30,320 nucleotides of DNA from a virus (Duplodnaviria; Caudoviricetes): positions 1-30,320 of the IMG/VR virus record IMGVR_UViG_3300020352_000023; one strand, 5' to 3'. Under the pieces are notes generated by a model. The model did no database searches and was not told the origin of the DNA. It worked only from the letters and a program-made list of their open reading frames with translations. The position numbers and the translations under genes were made by a program. Every line of letters begins with the position of its first letter. The first letter of the stretch is position 1. This document shows positions 15,634 to 25,681 of the stretch, in pieces.

Positions 15634-18600
15634 TTATGAGATAGTAAATGTTATGTCGTCTAAATCATCAGGATCTATAAAGTCAGGAATATTATTTAAG
15701 CCAACACCGCCAGGATCAGTAATGTTTGGGTTCATACCTCCTGCTTCGTTATTTTGAAAAATTATATAACCACGTGGCCCAAACAAATTAGCTCCATTTT
15801 TCCAACTCTTTAAAAAGTTCCACTCACTGTACCAAAAATAAGCTTGAACTTTACGTAAACTATCAAGATCTGTACCGGGTGAAAAATACCAAGGTTTTTT
15901 ATCCTGATGATTTCCACCAAAGAAATATATAGTATCTCCAATAGATAAATTTTCTATAGGTGTTGTTTTTCTTATAATCATTTCACCTGTAGAAGAATTA
16001 TAAGATAAAACATTAGTTCTCATTCTGTTACTTATTGAGCGTCTCACAGCTGAATTAGCGCCACCATATCCAGTACCATCTGGTTCTGGAGACTGTGTTG
16101 GAAAACTTATAAACGCAGACATATCTTGTTTTATCTCGCCCTCTATTGTGCCTGTGTCTATAGTAACCTCTATGTCAGAAAAATTGATAGTAAAATCTAA
16201 TACTATAGCTTTTCCTTTAACTAAAGGAACATTTGGATTAGAAGCATCTGTCCATAATGTTTGTTGTTGAACTAAACCAATACTAGGATCAGGTGTGTAA
16301 AACGGTATATTTATTGTTCCATCATTTGCAAACACCCCATTTTCTCTGCACAAACTATCACTTGCAGGATGTCCATTAGTTCCAGCAACGAAATCGTAAT
16401 TCTCTTTAAAAACACCACCAGCGTATAAATAATAACCAGCCTCATTTGCTTGAATACCAGGAACTACGCTGTCTATCTTTAGTAAAGTTGCAGGTAAGTA
16501 ACACCATTTAGTACCCACCCAATAAGGGGAAGGAACACCTGCCCAAAATACAGTATTGCCTCCGAAGTTAGTAAAAACACTATTAGTAAACTGGGCACGA
16601 AGTGCAGCGTTAAAAACATTTCCACTATTAACAGGATTATTATCATAAGGACCTCCAGATAATCTTATTCTCATATCTATTTCAAACGTAACATCTTCTG
16701 CAATTAATCCTGCATCTTGAATCCGTATAGTAACATAGTATAAAGCTGCTTTTACTAAATTACTAGAAGAATCTGTAATTTTAATATCACCTTCTAAATA
16801 AGTCGTTGACACAACAGGCGAAAGCTCAAAAACAGGTGTATCAGTACCTGTTAAAGTAGCAGGAGGACCGTCCAAAGAGTTTATTGTTTGGCTATATATT
16901 GCGTAATCTTGTATTCCAGCTTGATCTATAAATCGTATAGCGGCATTATCTAAGTTAGGATTATGAGCACCGTTTTTTGCTTTAATATTTATTATAGTTC
17001 CATTTTGATCTCTTCTAGTTCTTACAGGTATCGTACTAGGTGCAGTTGGTACTACAGGAGTACTACCTCCACCTGGCCCATATGTATCTGTGCTACCAGG
17101 TACGTTGTAAACGGTTATAAAATCATAAAACTGCTGAACATTATTAAGTGAAGCTTCTTTAGTTATTATATTTTCAACACCGCCTACTATAACTTTAAAA
17201 TTAAAAGTAAAATTTCTCGATGGGTTTGTATTTTGGTTGTTTAAATTGTAATTATAATATATTTCATCATAGAAATTAGCTGGAAAATCCGTAAATTGAT
17301 TATCTGTAGAGTCTGTTGTTCTTATTTGCCAAGGACCTACTAAACCACCTGGATCAGAGTTAGAATCTTCAAATATAAAATATCTTCCGATAACACTTTG
17401 ACCAGTGCCGTCTACCGCGCTTGATCCTCCAACTACTTGATCATACCCATTAGTAACACTTAATAATTCAATAGTATCACCGTTAGCTGGTACTAATGTT
17501 ATAGGTGAGCCAAAGCTATTAACAAGTTCAAATCCAGTTGTTAAATTGTTTAATATATTACTTTTAGGCGGTAGACCTTCGTCAAAATTATTTGTTGCAA
17601 AAGGGAAAAAATCCACACCACCGGGCGTTGATTGGTTGTTTAGTATAAAAGTATTTAAATCTGATATTAAACCTGAACTAGATGTTTCCCAATATATATC
17701 TAAAAGACTTTCAACAGGTTTTGTTTCATAAACTGCTAATCTTTGTATGCCTGGTATTAATGGTGTTCTTTTAGCTGGCACGCTAGCTCCAGCTGTTTCT
17801 GTTATAGTTATAAGTTCTCCTTCTATAGGAATAAAATAAAAGGGATCATTATTTTTATCAACAAGTGTTATTTTTAAACCGCTTATATTTCCAGCAGCCG
17901 TTGGATACTCTGATTGAATTGGCGCTACAGCAGTTACATATGTTTTATCAGGCAAACTATTACTAGAAACTAAATCACCAGGAGTTATGCCAGTTGAACC
18001 TCCTGTTACATTTGTTAAATCACCTGTAAATTGAGTTATACAAACAAAATCTTGAGGCTGAGCGTCTTTAACGGTGCCTGCGGTAGGGGAATCGTATAAG
18101 CTTTCAGCTTTTAAAGCTTTACCACTTTCAGTAAAATACTCCGTAGTTGATAATTGCCCTATTAAACTTTCTGTAGTAATTCTAGCTATTAATGGGTTTG
18201 AATCTAAACTATAAAATTGAGGAAAATAATTAGGTACCTCAGGATTTAATGGATCAAAATCAAACATATCATATACAGTTGAAATAACTGACACCGTATC
18301 AGAGTTTTTTCCTGAATAATATTGAACATTTAAATTACCAGCACCACTAAGTGCAGAGCTATTAGTATTTTCAACTCTACCAAAAAGCTGTACAGAACTA
18401 CCAAACTGTCTTTGATCAGGACCTACTTCATTTAAATCTCTTGGTATTTTATTTATATTATCATTTATAAGAACAGTGTGAGATGTTTGGCCAACCTCTA
18501 GTGTTTGATCGGCTGGATAAGATGACATTATACCAGGAAGATAAACATTGTAGTAATCTTGCTCTGTTTGTTTTACAACTACTTTCCAAGAATACCAACC

Positions 18601-21183
18601 AAGTGGATTATAATCACTACTGGAAGTATCGCCATTATACAAATCACCTGTTATTGGTTGATTCATTAAAACTTTAAGTGAATCACCTGGCCACGATATT
18701 GTGTTAATAGTTTCATCAACATAGGGCGCATATAATGTAGAACCTTCAAAAGTTTCATTATATACAGTTATAGAGCTTTTGCTATTAGAAAGTATAACGC
18801 TTGATTGTCTACCATATCTATCAGACAATACAAATCCAATTTGATAATTTCTATTTGATTTAACAGAGCTACTAGGGTATTCTATTTTACTTGTAGTATT
18901 TAGTATATCTCCTCCAGCTGTAAATATTAAAGCCACAGGAGAAGGTGCTGTTCCTATAGGAAAAGTAATATCATTACTTAGAGTTATAATAGCGCTAACA
19001 GACCCACTGTCAAAAAAACCTAAACTTTGAGCAGCTGTTACATTTACAGCGGCGCTAGCAACTACACTATTATTAGTTGAATTATAACTTACAACTGTCG
19101 TACCGCCCGGAACACCAGCGCCTGATATATTCGCTCCAATAGGTATAGAGCCTGACACAAAAGATAAAAATATTTCAGTAGTAGTACTAGCGCTTAACAC
19201 GGTAGCATTAGTTGAAACTGTTTGACCATTGTTATTTGTCGTAACTATGGTTGTTCCTGCGGGAATGTAAACACCAGGATCATTACAGCTAATAACCATA
19301 TCTGGAAACAAGCCGGCTGGCGGATTAAGCGTTTTTGATATTTGAATGTTTATATTGCTGCCCGCTGAATAATTAGCAGCTGGTCCTATGTAGACAGCTG
19401 TAACTTCGTTTACATCAAAATCTGCTTTTTCACTACATATTACATTATAATCTAAAGCTATTGGTGGAGTTAATTTATTAACAAAATTACCATACATTAC
19501 TCTATTTCCAGCAACTTCTTGTGCTAGAGCCTTTAAAGGCACTTTGTCATAAACTCTTACTAATTCGCTTTCTGGTAAAGTAGTTGTTGGTTTAGTAGAT
19601 CTATAATTATATGTAAAATAATTTATATCTCCAATAGTTAAAAAAGTATTGTCAGTTAGACCTGGAGCAGGTACGTCGTTGCTAAGTTTTATTGTACCTG
19701 CTATTGGACTACTAGCATCGGTTGGTGTAAATTCTGTTATAGTTGTAAGAGCTGGTATGCCATCACCTAAAATTGTTTCACCCTGCTTTATACCTCCTTG
19801 TATTCCGTCTATGTTTATAGCGGTGCCCGCTGTTATAGTACCTGATTGATTACCGTTAATAAAAGCTATCGCAGCTGAAGAAGCAATATCACTGATAGGT
19901 ATTTTTTCAATAACTCTAACAGCTAGAGAATCTGATTCTTTATATAATATTTCTAATTCTTTTATTTTTAAAGCGTTTTGTAGAGTGTAATTAAAAAAAG
20001 GTAAAGGTATTCTTAAGCCTATGCTGTTAACTTTATTTTCTACAAAATAAACTATAGTACTTTGATAAGTTTCTGTTTGATCATCTTTAACAGTGTTAGG
20101 GGCTTGCGTGTACATAAAATACCCGTCTTGCTTTGGAATAAAAGCGTGCTGAGTAAATGGTGCAAATATAGAATATTCATTATCAGTGAATTTAAATCTA
20201 TAGCTAAATCTTGCAAACTTACTTTCTAAATAATCAGGATCTCCTGAGAATTCAAAATCAAAATAAGGATTAGCGTTAAAAACAATAACTTGCTTATCAC
20301 TAACACTTATAGAACCACTTAATTGTATTTGAGTACCGACCGCGTTCACAGTGTTTACAACAAAGCCTGTTGGTTGTAATTCTTTTGAATTAATATTTTG
20401 TAAAGATACAGTAGAATTCGGATATGGACTACTTGTAGGGTTTATTTGACCATTTATACTATTTATGTTTATAGTAGATCCACTTTGTGTTCCATTAGCT
20501 ATAGCAGTACCGCCATTTGGTAAAAATAAACTACTAACATCTTTCATAGTAGTTTCATAATAAGTATCACTAGAAGTAGTAGCTAAAGAGCTTTGTTCAT
20601 AAAGTTCTATAGATTTATAAGGATTATATTTAGCTACAGATATTTGATCTTCATTAGTGTAATATGTAGGATTTGTTAAGCCAGAAGGATTTGCTAAAGA
20701 AACATTTATAACTCTAGGTTGATTTCTATTATCAGTAAAAAATAAAAGATCTTCTAGTATGTTAACACCTGTTATTAAGCTTTCTGTAGAAAAATTTAAA
20801 AAATTACCTTTAACTAAAATAATTGCTTCTTCAGATAAAACGTTATAAGATATAATAAAATTATTAGACTGCTCGCCACTAGGCGTATAACTTGTATTGT
20901 AATCAGATCTAGAATTATCTTTATCTGTAAAAAAAAGATAAACAGTATTATTTACTTCATCAGCTAAGTTACCTATACATATTAGTTTAGATACACCCGT
21001 TAGACTTTGAAAGCTTTGTATAGAAGCATTACCTAAAATGTTTTCTAAATTACCTACATTAGCGCTTTCAGACTTACTTATTTGTGCGTTTTGAGCATCT
21101 CTATATTCACCGTTAGGTAATATACGAGCGTCCAAGTCTTTATTCATCTTGGACTTTAAAAAAGTATTTTGAACTTTAGCCAT
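15634..21183 (-). CDS. Large tail stabilization/nozzle-associated protein, 1849 aa
   Basis: N-terminus KMNKDLDARILPNGEYRDAQN, then LLFFTDNRNQPRVIN, RFSYRFKF.DNEYS.FAPF and GNRVMYGNF. Multiple inserted beta modules and a variable-looking C-terminus. Confidence 0.7.
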   Translation of the reverse strand: MAKVQNTFLKSKMNKDLDARILPNGEYRDAQNAQISKSESANVGNLENILGNASIQSFQSLTGVSKLICIGNLADEVNNTVYLFFTDKDNSRSDYNTSYTPSGEQSNNFIISYNVLSEEAIILVKGNFLNFSTESLITGVNILEDLLFFTDNRNQPRVINVSLANPSGLTNPTYYTNEDQISVAKYNPYKSIELYEQSSLATTSSDTYYETTMKDVSSLFLPNGGTAIANGTQSGSTININSINGQINPTSSPYPNSTVSLQNINSKELQPTGFVVNTVNAVGTQIQLSGSISVSDKQVIVFNANPYFDFEFSGDPDYLESKFARFSYRFKFTDNEYSIFAPFTQHAFIPKQDGYFMYTQAPNTVKDDQTETYQSTIVYFVENKVNSIGLRIPLPFFNYTLQNALKIKELEILYKESDSLAVRVIEKIPISDIASSAAIAFINGNQSGTITAGTAINIDGIQGGIKQGETILGDGIPALTTITEFTPTDASSPIAGTIKLSNDVPAPGLTDNTFLTIGDINYFTYNYRSTKPTTTLPESELVRVYDKVPLKALAQEVAGNRVMYGNFVNKLTPPIALDYNVICSEKADFDVNEVTAVYIGPAANYSAGSNINIQISKTLNPPAGLFPDMVISCNDPGVYIPAGTTIVTTNNNGQTVSTNATVLSASTTTEIFLSFVSGSIPIGANISGAGVPGGTTVVSYNSTNNSVVASAAVNVTAAQSLGFFDSGSVSAIITLSNDITFPIGTAPSPVALIFTAGGDILNTTSKIEYPSSSVKSNRNYQIGFVLSDRYGRQSSVILSNSKSSITVYNETFEGSTLYAPYVDETINTISWPGDSLKVLMNQPITGDLYNGDTSSSDYNPLGWYSWKVVVKQTEQDYYNVYLPGIMSSYPADQTLEVGQTSHTVLINDNINKIPRDLNEVGPDQRQFGSSVQLFGRVENTNSSALSGAGNLNVQYYSGKNSDTVSVISTVYDMFDFDPLNPEVPNYFPQFYSLDSNPLIARITTESLIGQLSTTEYFTESGKALKAESLYDSPTAGTVKDAQPQDFVCITQFTGDLTNVTGGSTGITPGDLVSSNSLPDKTYVTAVAPIQSEYPTAAGNISGLKITLVDKNNDPFYFIPIEGELITITETAGASVPAKRTPLIPGIQRLAVYETKPVESLLDIYWETSSSGLISDLNTFILNNQSTPGGVDFFPFATNNFDEGLPPKSNILNNLTTGFELVNSFGSPITLVPANGDTIELLSVTNGYDQVVGGSSAVDGTGQSVIGRYFIFEDSNSDPGGLVGPWQIRTTDSTDNQFTDFPANFYDEIYYNYNLNNQNTNPSRNFTFNFKVIVGGVENIITKEASLNNVQQFYDFITVYNVPGSTDTYGPGGGSTPVVPTAPSTIPVRTRRDQNGTIINIKAKNGAHNPNLDNAAIRFIDQAGIQDYAIYSQTINSLDGPPATLTGTDTPVFELSPVVSTTYLEGDIKITDSSSNLVKAALYYVTIRIQDAGLIAEDVTFEIDMRIRLSGGPYDNNPVNSGNVFNAALRAQFTNSVFTNFGGNTVFWAGVPSPYWVGTKWCYLPATLLKIDSVVPGIQANEAGYYLYAGGVFKENYDFVAGTNGHPASDSLCRENGVFANDGTINIPFYTPDPSIGLVQQQTLWTDASNPNVPLVKGKAIVLDFTINFSDIEVTIDTGTIEGEIKQDMSAFISFPTQSPEPDGTGYGGANSAVRRSISNRMRTNVLSYNSSTGEMIIRKTTPIENLSIGDTIYFFGGNHQDKKPWYFSPGTDLDSLRKVQAYFWYSEWNFLKSWKNGANLFGPRGYIIFQNNEAGGMNPNITDPGGVGLNNIPDFIDPDDLDDITFTIS

Positions 21184-21189
21184 TAAATT

Positions 21190-22413
21190 TTAGTGTTTTA
21201 TCCATTTAGATTTACCTCTCATCACTTGAACTATTTCATCGAGTTTGATATTTGATAATCTTATTTTAGCATTTCTAAGCTTAGCTGATCTGTCTCTTTT
21301 TAATCTTTGAACAATGTACTCTTGTTGACCAGATCTTGTAGATACTATATTGTAAAGAATTGATGCATACAATGCGTCCTCGGCCATCTTAGGTATCTTA
21401 GAATCAGCTTCATGAGCTAACCCGTCTGATATATATTCTAGTACTATTAACTTTCCTACTAAGCTACTTGAAAAGCTTATCTTGCCTTCTCTTGCGTTCA
21501 TGTTAAACCAGCCGTTTACTTGCGCGTGTTGAGGTTCTAAACCATATTGTTGACCGTAAAAAATGCTATTGTCAAATCCATAATAATTAGCCCAATAAGC
21601 ATAGTCATCTATGTTGTTAAAAAAAGTTTGACTTATTATTGTGTCGTTAGCTGTTTTCCATCTATTTTCTGTTATAGAACTTCCTTCTAAGTTTTCACCA
21701 AAATTATCTTGAGTAGGCACGCCCTGCGCGTCTTGTATTGGATTTTCGTAAGGACTTGTAGTCAGATTGCTAGCTGGATATATAGGTCTTTTAACACCTA
21801 GTTGATCTATGTAGCAAATGCTAACATAGTTCACGTAGTCTTGAGGTAGTGGTAAACTTAAACTTGGAGGTATATTTAATTCTTTAGAGTGTATACTTTT
21901 GAGTGTATCATAACTGAATTCTTGTAAAGATCTTTTTGCAAAAAACAACACATCTGATTTATTAGCTTTTTGTAGTATTTTACCATCTCCAACATAACCA
22001 ACCATAAAATTATCTATGGCATCATTAAGAGATATATACTCATAACTACCATAGTTTTCCTCTACAGTAGTTCCAGTAGCATCTTGATTCCCATAATTCC
22101 CACCATCTAAGGTTTTTAATTGAACAACTACATATGTTGAAGCCGCTAATCCAGTCAACGTTATTGCATTGTTAAGAACAGTATAAGCTGCTGTGTATTC
22201 TGTGAAAGAACCTGGTAAACCAGTAGCGCTAGTATATAGTTTAAAATTATTTAGTGCATACTTTACATTAGCAGGATCATGATCTCCATACATTAAATCA
22301 GTGTTAAACGTAGTAGTAAACACTTGTTCGTTTGGAGTAGGTATGTTTGCATTAGAGAAGAATACTTGAGCACCCTGATAATACTGTTGATTTGTTTCTG
22401 TTATTAAACTCAT
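21190..22413 (-). CDS. Structural protein, probable tail ring/adaptor, 407 aa
   Basis: LPLPQDYVNYV..I motif and helical basic C-terminus; position between the head and tail genes. Confidence 0.6.
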   Translation of the reverse strand: MSLITETNQQYYQGAQVFFSNANIPTPNEQVFTTTFNTDLMYGDHDPANVKYALNNFKLYTSATGLPGSFTEYTAAYTVLNNAITLTGLAASTYVVVQLKTLDGGNYGNQDATGTTVEENYGSYEYISLNDAIDNFMVGYVGDGKILQKANKSDVLFFAKRSLQEFSYDTLKSIHSKELNIPPSLSLPLPQDYVNYVSICYIDQLGVKRPIYPASNLTTSPYENPIQDAQGVPTQDNFGENLEGSSITENRWKTANDTIISQTFFNNIDDYAYWANYYGFDNSIFYGQQYGLEPQHAQVNGWFNMNAREGKISFSSSLVGKLIVLEYISDGLAHEADSKIPKMAEDALYASILYNIVSTRSGQQEYIVQRLKRDRSAKLRNAKIRLSNIKLDEIVQVMRGKSKWIKH

Positions 22414-22417
22414 TTAT

Positions 22418-23233
22418 CTAAGATTTTTCATTAACTTGCACTTGTTGAGCCTCTTGCATTGCTACATCCACAACTGTAGGATTATTTATAATCACACCAG
22501 CGTATTTTAATATGCCAATTATTAAATTAAACTCTTCTGAAACATCTAATTGAAAATTATTAGACAATGCGGAGTTGTATATCAATTGGCCTAGAGCTCC
22601 TGTAGACGAACCCCATATAGGTGTAGTAGGTTCAAATATACAATTAACAGTGACAGAATCTGGTAAAGGACTTATGTTTAAAACTGCTTGAGTTGTAGAA
22701 TTTGGAGCTGTTAAACTGTATTGATAAGCTAAGGGGTATTTTTGAGTTGGAGCCGTTAGATTAGATCTTGTTATTTTATCGTAATCGCTTTTAGAGGTTA
22801 ATTGTGTTATTGATGTCGCTGAGGGGCCAATATCACTAGTTTGTATATTTTGCAACTGAATTGGTCCTATATTAATCCTGTTATACGTAGATAGAATACT
22901 ACCTAATAATCTAATAGTTCCGCCGTAGTCAGTGCTTAATTGTGGGTTAAAACTCCAACACGCATAAGTTGTGTCATAATTGAAACTAACTTCGTGTTCA
23001 AATGGATAAAGTTTGTATCTATTGTTTTCGTAAATATTAAAAAACTCAGTATCGTTTTGAGTATTGTTTTGGTTTTGACGGTTTAATTGATTGCCGTCTG
23101 GAAAATAAGAGTTAAATATTTCATTTTGAACAAGCTCTGCTAAACTATTAAACTCCGTTGGGGGTATATAACCGCGCTGCTCTTTGTTTAATATATACAA
23201 GACTGTTTGATATACTCTGTTTATATCTACCAT
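22418..23233 (-). CDS. Probable head-tail adaptor/ring protein, 271 aa
   Basis: N-terminal VYQTVLYILNKEQRGYIPPTEFN, C-terminal ILKYAGVII helix, and synteny. Ends in TAG. Confidence 0.6.
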   Translation of the reverse strand: MVDINRVYQTVLYILNKEQRGYIPPTEFNSLAELVQNEIFNSYFPDGNQLNRQNQNNTQNDTEFFNIYENNRYKLYPFEHEVSFNYDTTYACWSFNPQLSTDYGGTIRLLGSILSTYNRINIGPIQLQNIQTSDIGPSATSITQLTSKSDYDKITRSNLTAPTQKYPLAYQYSLTAPNSTTQAVLNISPLPDSVTVNCIFEPTTPIWGSSTGALGQLIYNSALSNNFQLDVSEEFNLIIGILKYAGVIINNPTVVDVAMQEAQQVQVNEKS

Positions 23234-23249
23234 TGTTATTTTTTTATTT

Positions 23250-23288
23250 ATACTATAAAGGCGGCCGAAACCGCCTCTGTTATAGTAT
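23250..23288 (-). terminator. Intergenic hairpin (weak terminator or 5' leader stem)
   Basis: Minus strand reads AGGCGGT-TTCG-GCCGCCT followed by TTATAGT. The outer arms ATACTATA/TATAGTAT extend the stem. Confidence 0.55.
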
Positions 23289-23297
23289 CACTTGTTT

Positions 23298-24113
23298 TTA
23301 TAGTTTTTTATCTATAGATTTATAGATCTCAACACCTTCATCTGTTTTTAAGAAAGCAGCAAATGCCGAGTAAGGGTTTTCGTCAAAAGGTACGTTCATT
23401 AATTTTCTACCGTTTGTTCCCCAGGTGAATGTTCTTTGATCGCTTGATAAATTAATAATACCAGCTTCAGCAGCTCTAATAGCTGTGTTTCTTAATTGAA
23501 CATTATCATCATTAGCTAAGCTAATAAATAATTGTGGATTATTTCTAGCAAATAAACGTATATCTCTTTTAAGCTCTTTAGAACTCATAGAATTTACCTT
23601 AGATCCAATTTCTACTCTTAATATAGCTTCTATTTGATCTATCTCCATGTTTCTAGCCGCATTTAAAGCGTCTATTTGTAAGTCTAAAACATCTAATTGA
23701 TCTTTAGCTTCCTCAACCGCGCTAAATTCTTCATATAGTTTACCTTTTAAAGGGTGATATAAAGACAATAGTTTTTGTAGGTTTTGTTTTTCTTTTTTAA
23801 CAGTTAATGTTCCGTCGTAAAATCTAATGTGACCCATAGTTACTTCACCTTTTTGTTCGTCTACAAGAGGCGAATCTTGATTGGTAGCGTATCTAATTTC
23901 TCTTTGCTTGCCTGATTTTTCATCAAAATAAAGCAAAGCATGTTTTCTAGTATGCTTACCAGGTATTGTGAAAGTTAAAGGTGTTTTGTTTCCTGTTAAA
24001 TAATAAACTCTATCTTTAATTTCCCACGTTGGTTTTGTGGGTTTAGGAGCGGATTTTACCGCAACCTCTTGAGGTGCAACCTCAACAGTTTCTGCTGTAG
24101 CTTTTTTAGCCAT
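23298..24113 (-). CDS. Hypothetical virion-associated protein, 271 aa
   Basis: Directly downstream of the capsid gene, with an A/T-rich leader. REIRYATNQDSP motif. Confidence 0.75.
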   Translation of the reverse strand: MAKKATAETVEVAPQEVAVKSAPKPTKPTWEIKDRVYYLTGNKTPLTFTIPGKHTRKHALLYFDEKSGKQREIRYATNQDSPLVDEQKGEVTMGHIRFYDGTLTVKKEKQNLQKLLSLYHPLKGKLYEEFSAVEEAKDQLDVLDLQIDALNAARNMEIDQIEAILRVEIGSKVNSMSSKELKRDIRLFARNNPQLFISLANDDNVQLRNTAIRAAEAGIINLSSDQRTFTWGTNGRKLMNVPFDENPYSAFAAFLKTDEGVEIYKSIDKKL

Positions 24114-24136
24114 AATATAATAAAATTAAATAGTTA

Positions 24137-24173
24137 TAAAAATAATACCCCGCCCGAAGACGGGGATATTATT
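24137..24173 (-). terminator. Intrinsic terminator after the major capsid gene
   Basis: Minus strand reads ATCCCCGTC-TTCG-GGCGGGG followed by TATTATTTTT: a GC-rich stem, C(UUCG)G loop and U-tract. Confidence 0.85.
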
Positions 24174-24188
24174 AATTTTGAATCATTA

Positions 24189-25667
24189 TTAGATTCCTTT
24201 GAATAATACAAAGTTGTTAGCAGCTTGTGTTACTAAACATCTTTCAGATAGGAAGTTCACTTCCATAGCATCCAATGTAGATGTAAATGCACCACCAGCA
24301 GAACCAGTCAACCAAGACTTCATGCGACGATCATCACTTTGTGAAGCTCTGTATCGTACGTGCAAGAAAGGTCTACGGATGTTAGTTCCTAAAACTTGAT
24401 CATAAACAGTTGAAGTTCCAGCAGGTACTAATACTCCTTCAATAGAGTTAATACCATTAATACCTCCACGAGTAGAAGCGTCGTTCAAATATTTCCAATC
24501 AGTTTTATAGAAGTCATAAGATCCTCTACGGAAACCACTAAATCCAAGATTTAATGCCATTTCCTCAGAGTTTTCAAATAAACCAAATGCAGTACCACCG
24601 GCTGTTCCACCAGAGATTGCAGCTAGCATATCATCAAAATCAAGAGCAGTTTGTCTTTGTAAGAAAAGCATGTTCTCTTCAATAGCGCCTTGAGTATCTA
24701 AGTTTTTCAAAATAGCATCAAATTCGTCTAGTCCAGCAGCAGCAGTAAATCCTACTTCTACATTACCACGAGATTGAATAGCAGCAAATAAACCTTCAGA
24801 TCCTGGCATACCCGCGTTAGCGTAAGCAGCACCTCCAGCTCCAGCAGCTCCTATTTGGCTATACTCACTTTCAACCATTGACATTTCTAAGTAATCCTCA
24901 AAACGTAAACGAGTTTCAGATTCAGCTTTTAAATACCATAAGTATCCAGAAGTTCCGTCTTCAGTTGCAACTTCAACCCATCCAATTTGCGCCATATCAG
25001 ATCCAGATACTACGTATTGGCTTCTTAGAATAATTGGTGAATTAGAATATTGTGTCAACTGAGGCTCTACGCTTTGTCTTGCAGCTGAATTACCAGCTCC
25101 AGCACCAATTGTAGTTCCTTTTGTATAAGAAGAACCGTATACAAACACTTTAATGCTTCCGCTTGTTAAAGCAGCTCCACCTACTACAGCAGCTCCACCA
25201 AAAGCAGATACAGCAATTGTTCCAGCAACTGGTCCTACTGCATTAGCAGGAGTAGATGCAGTAACAATACCTTTTTCTTCAGCACCTGTTGCGGTGTCTA
25301 AAAGAACAACCGTATCATTAACTGATATAACATTTTGCACACCTGGAAGACCAGCAGCTGGTGCTACTGTTATTAAACCACCTCCAAAAGTACAGTTATC
25401 ATAAGATATGTGTAATCTATTTTGCTCAGACCAAATTACTTGATCAGATGTCATTGGCATTTCAGCACCAACCATTCTTAAGAATCCAGATAACGTTCTG
25501 TTTCCATAACGCTCTACTTCTTGTTCGTAAATTTCTGGTAAATACTGCTGAGCGAATGTATCGCCACCAGTTGCAGCAGCACCAGTGTTAAATTGTAGGT
25601 AGTTACTGTTTAAAATCTCTTGCGTTGATGAAGGGATTAAACTACCAAATTGAGGAGTTAAACTCAT
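24189..25667 (-). CDS. Major capsid protein, 492 aa
   Basis: Follows the portal and scaffold genes and precedes a strong terminator. Motifs EVERYGNRT, WSEQNRLH, LNLGFSGFRRGSYDFYKTDWKYLND and FLSERCL. Confidence 0.85.
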   Translation of the reverse strand: MSLTPQFGSLIPSSTQEILNSNYLQFNTGAAATGGDTFAQQYLPEIYEQEVERYGNRTLSGFLRMVGAEMPMTSDQVIWSEQNRLHISYDNCTFGGGLITVAPAAGLPGVQNVISVNDTVVLLDTATGAEEKGIVTASTPANAVGPVAGTIAVSAFGGAAVVGGAALTSGSIKVFVYGSSYTKGTTIGAGAGNSAARQSVEPQLTQYSNSPIILRSQYVVSGSDMAQIGWVEVATEDGTSGYLWYLKAESETRLRFEDYLEMSMVESEYSQIGAAGAGGAAYANAGMPGSEGLFAAIQSRGNVEVGFTAAAGLDEFDAILKNLDTQGAIEENMLFLQRQTALDFDDMLAAISGGTAGGTAFGLFENSEEMALNLGFSGFRRGSYDFYKTDWKYLNDASTRGGINGINSIEGVLVPAGTSTVYDQVLGTNIRRPFLHVRYRASQSDDRRMKSWLTGSAGGAFTSTLDAMEVNFLSERCLVTQAANNFVLFKGI

Positions 25668-25681
25668 AATTGTTTAATTTT

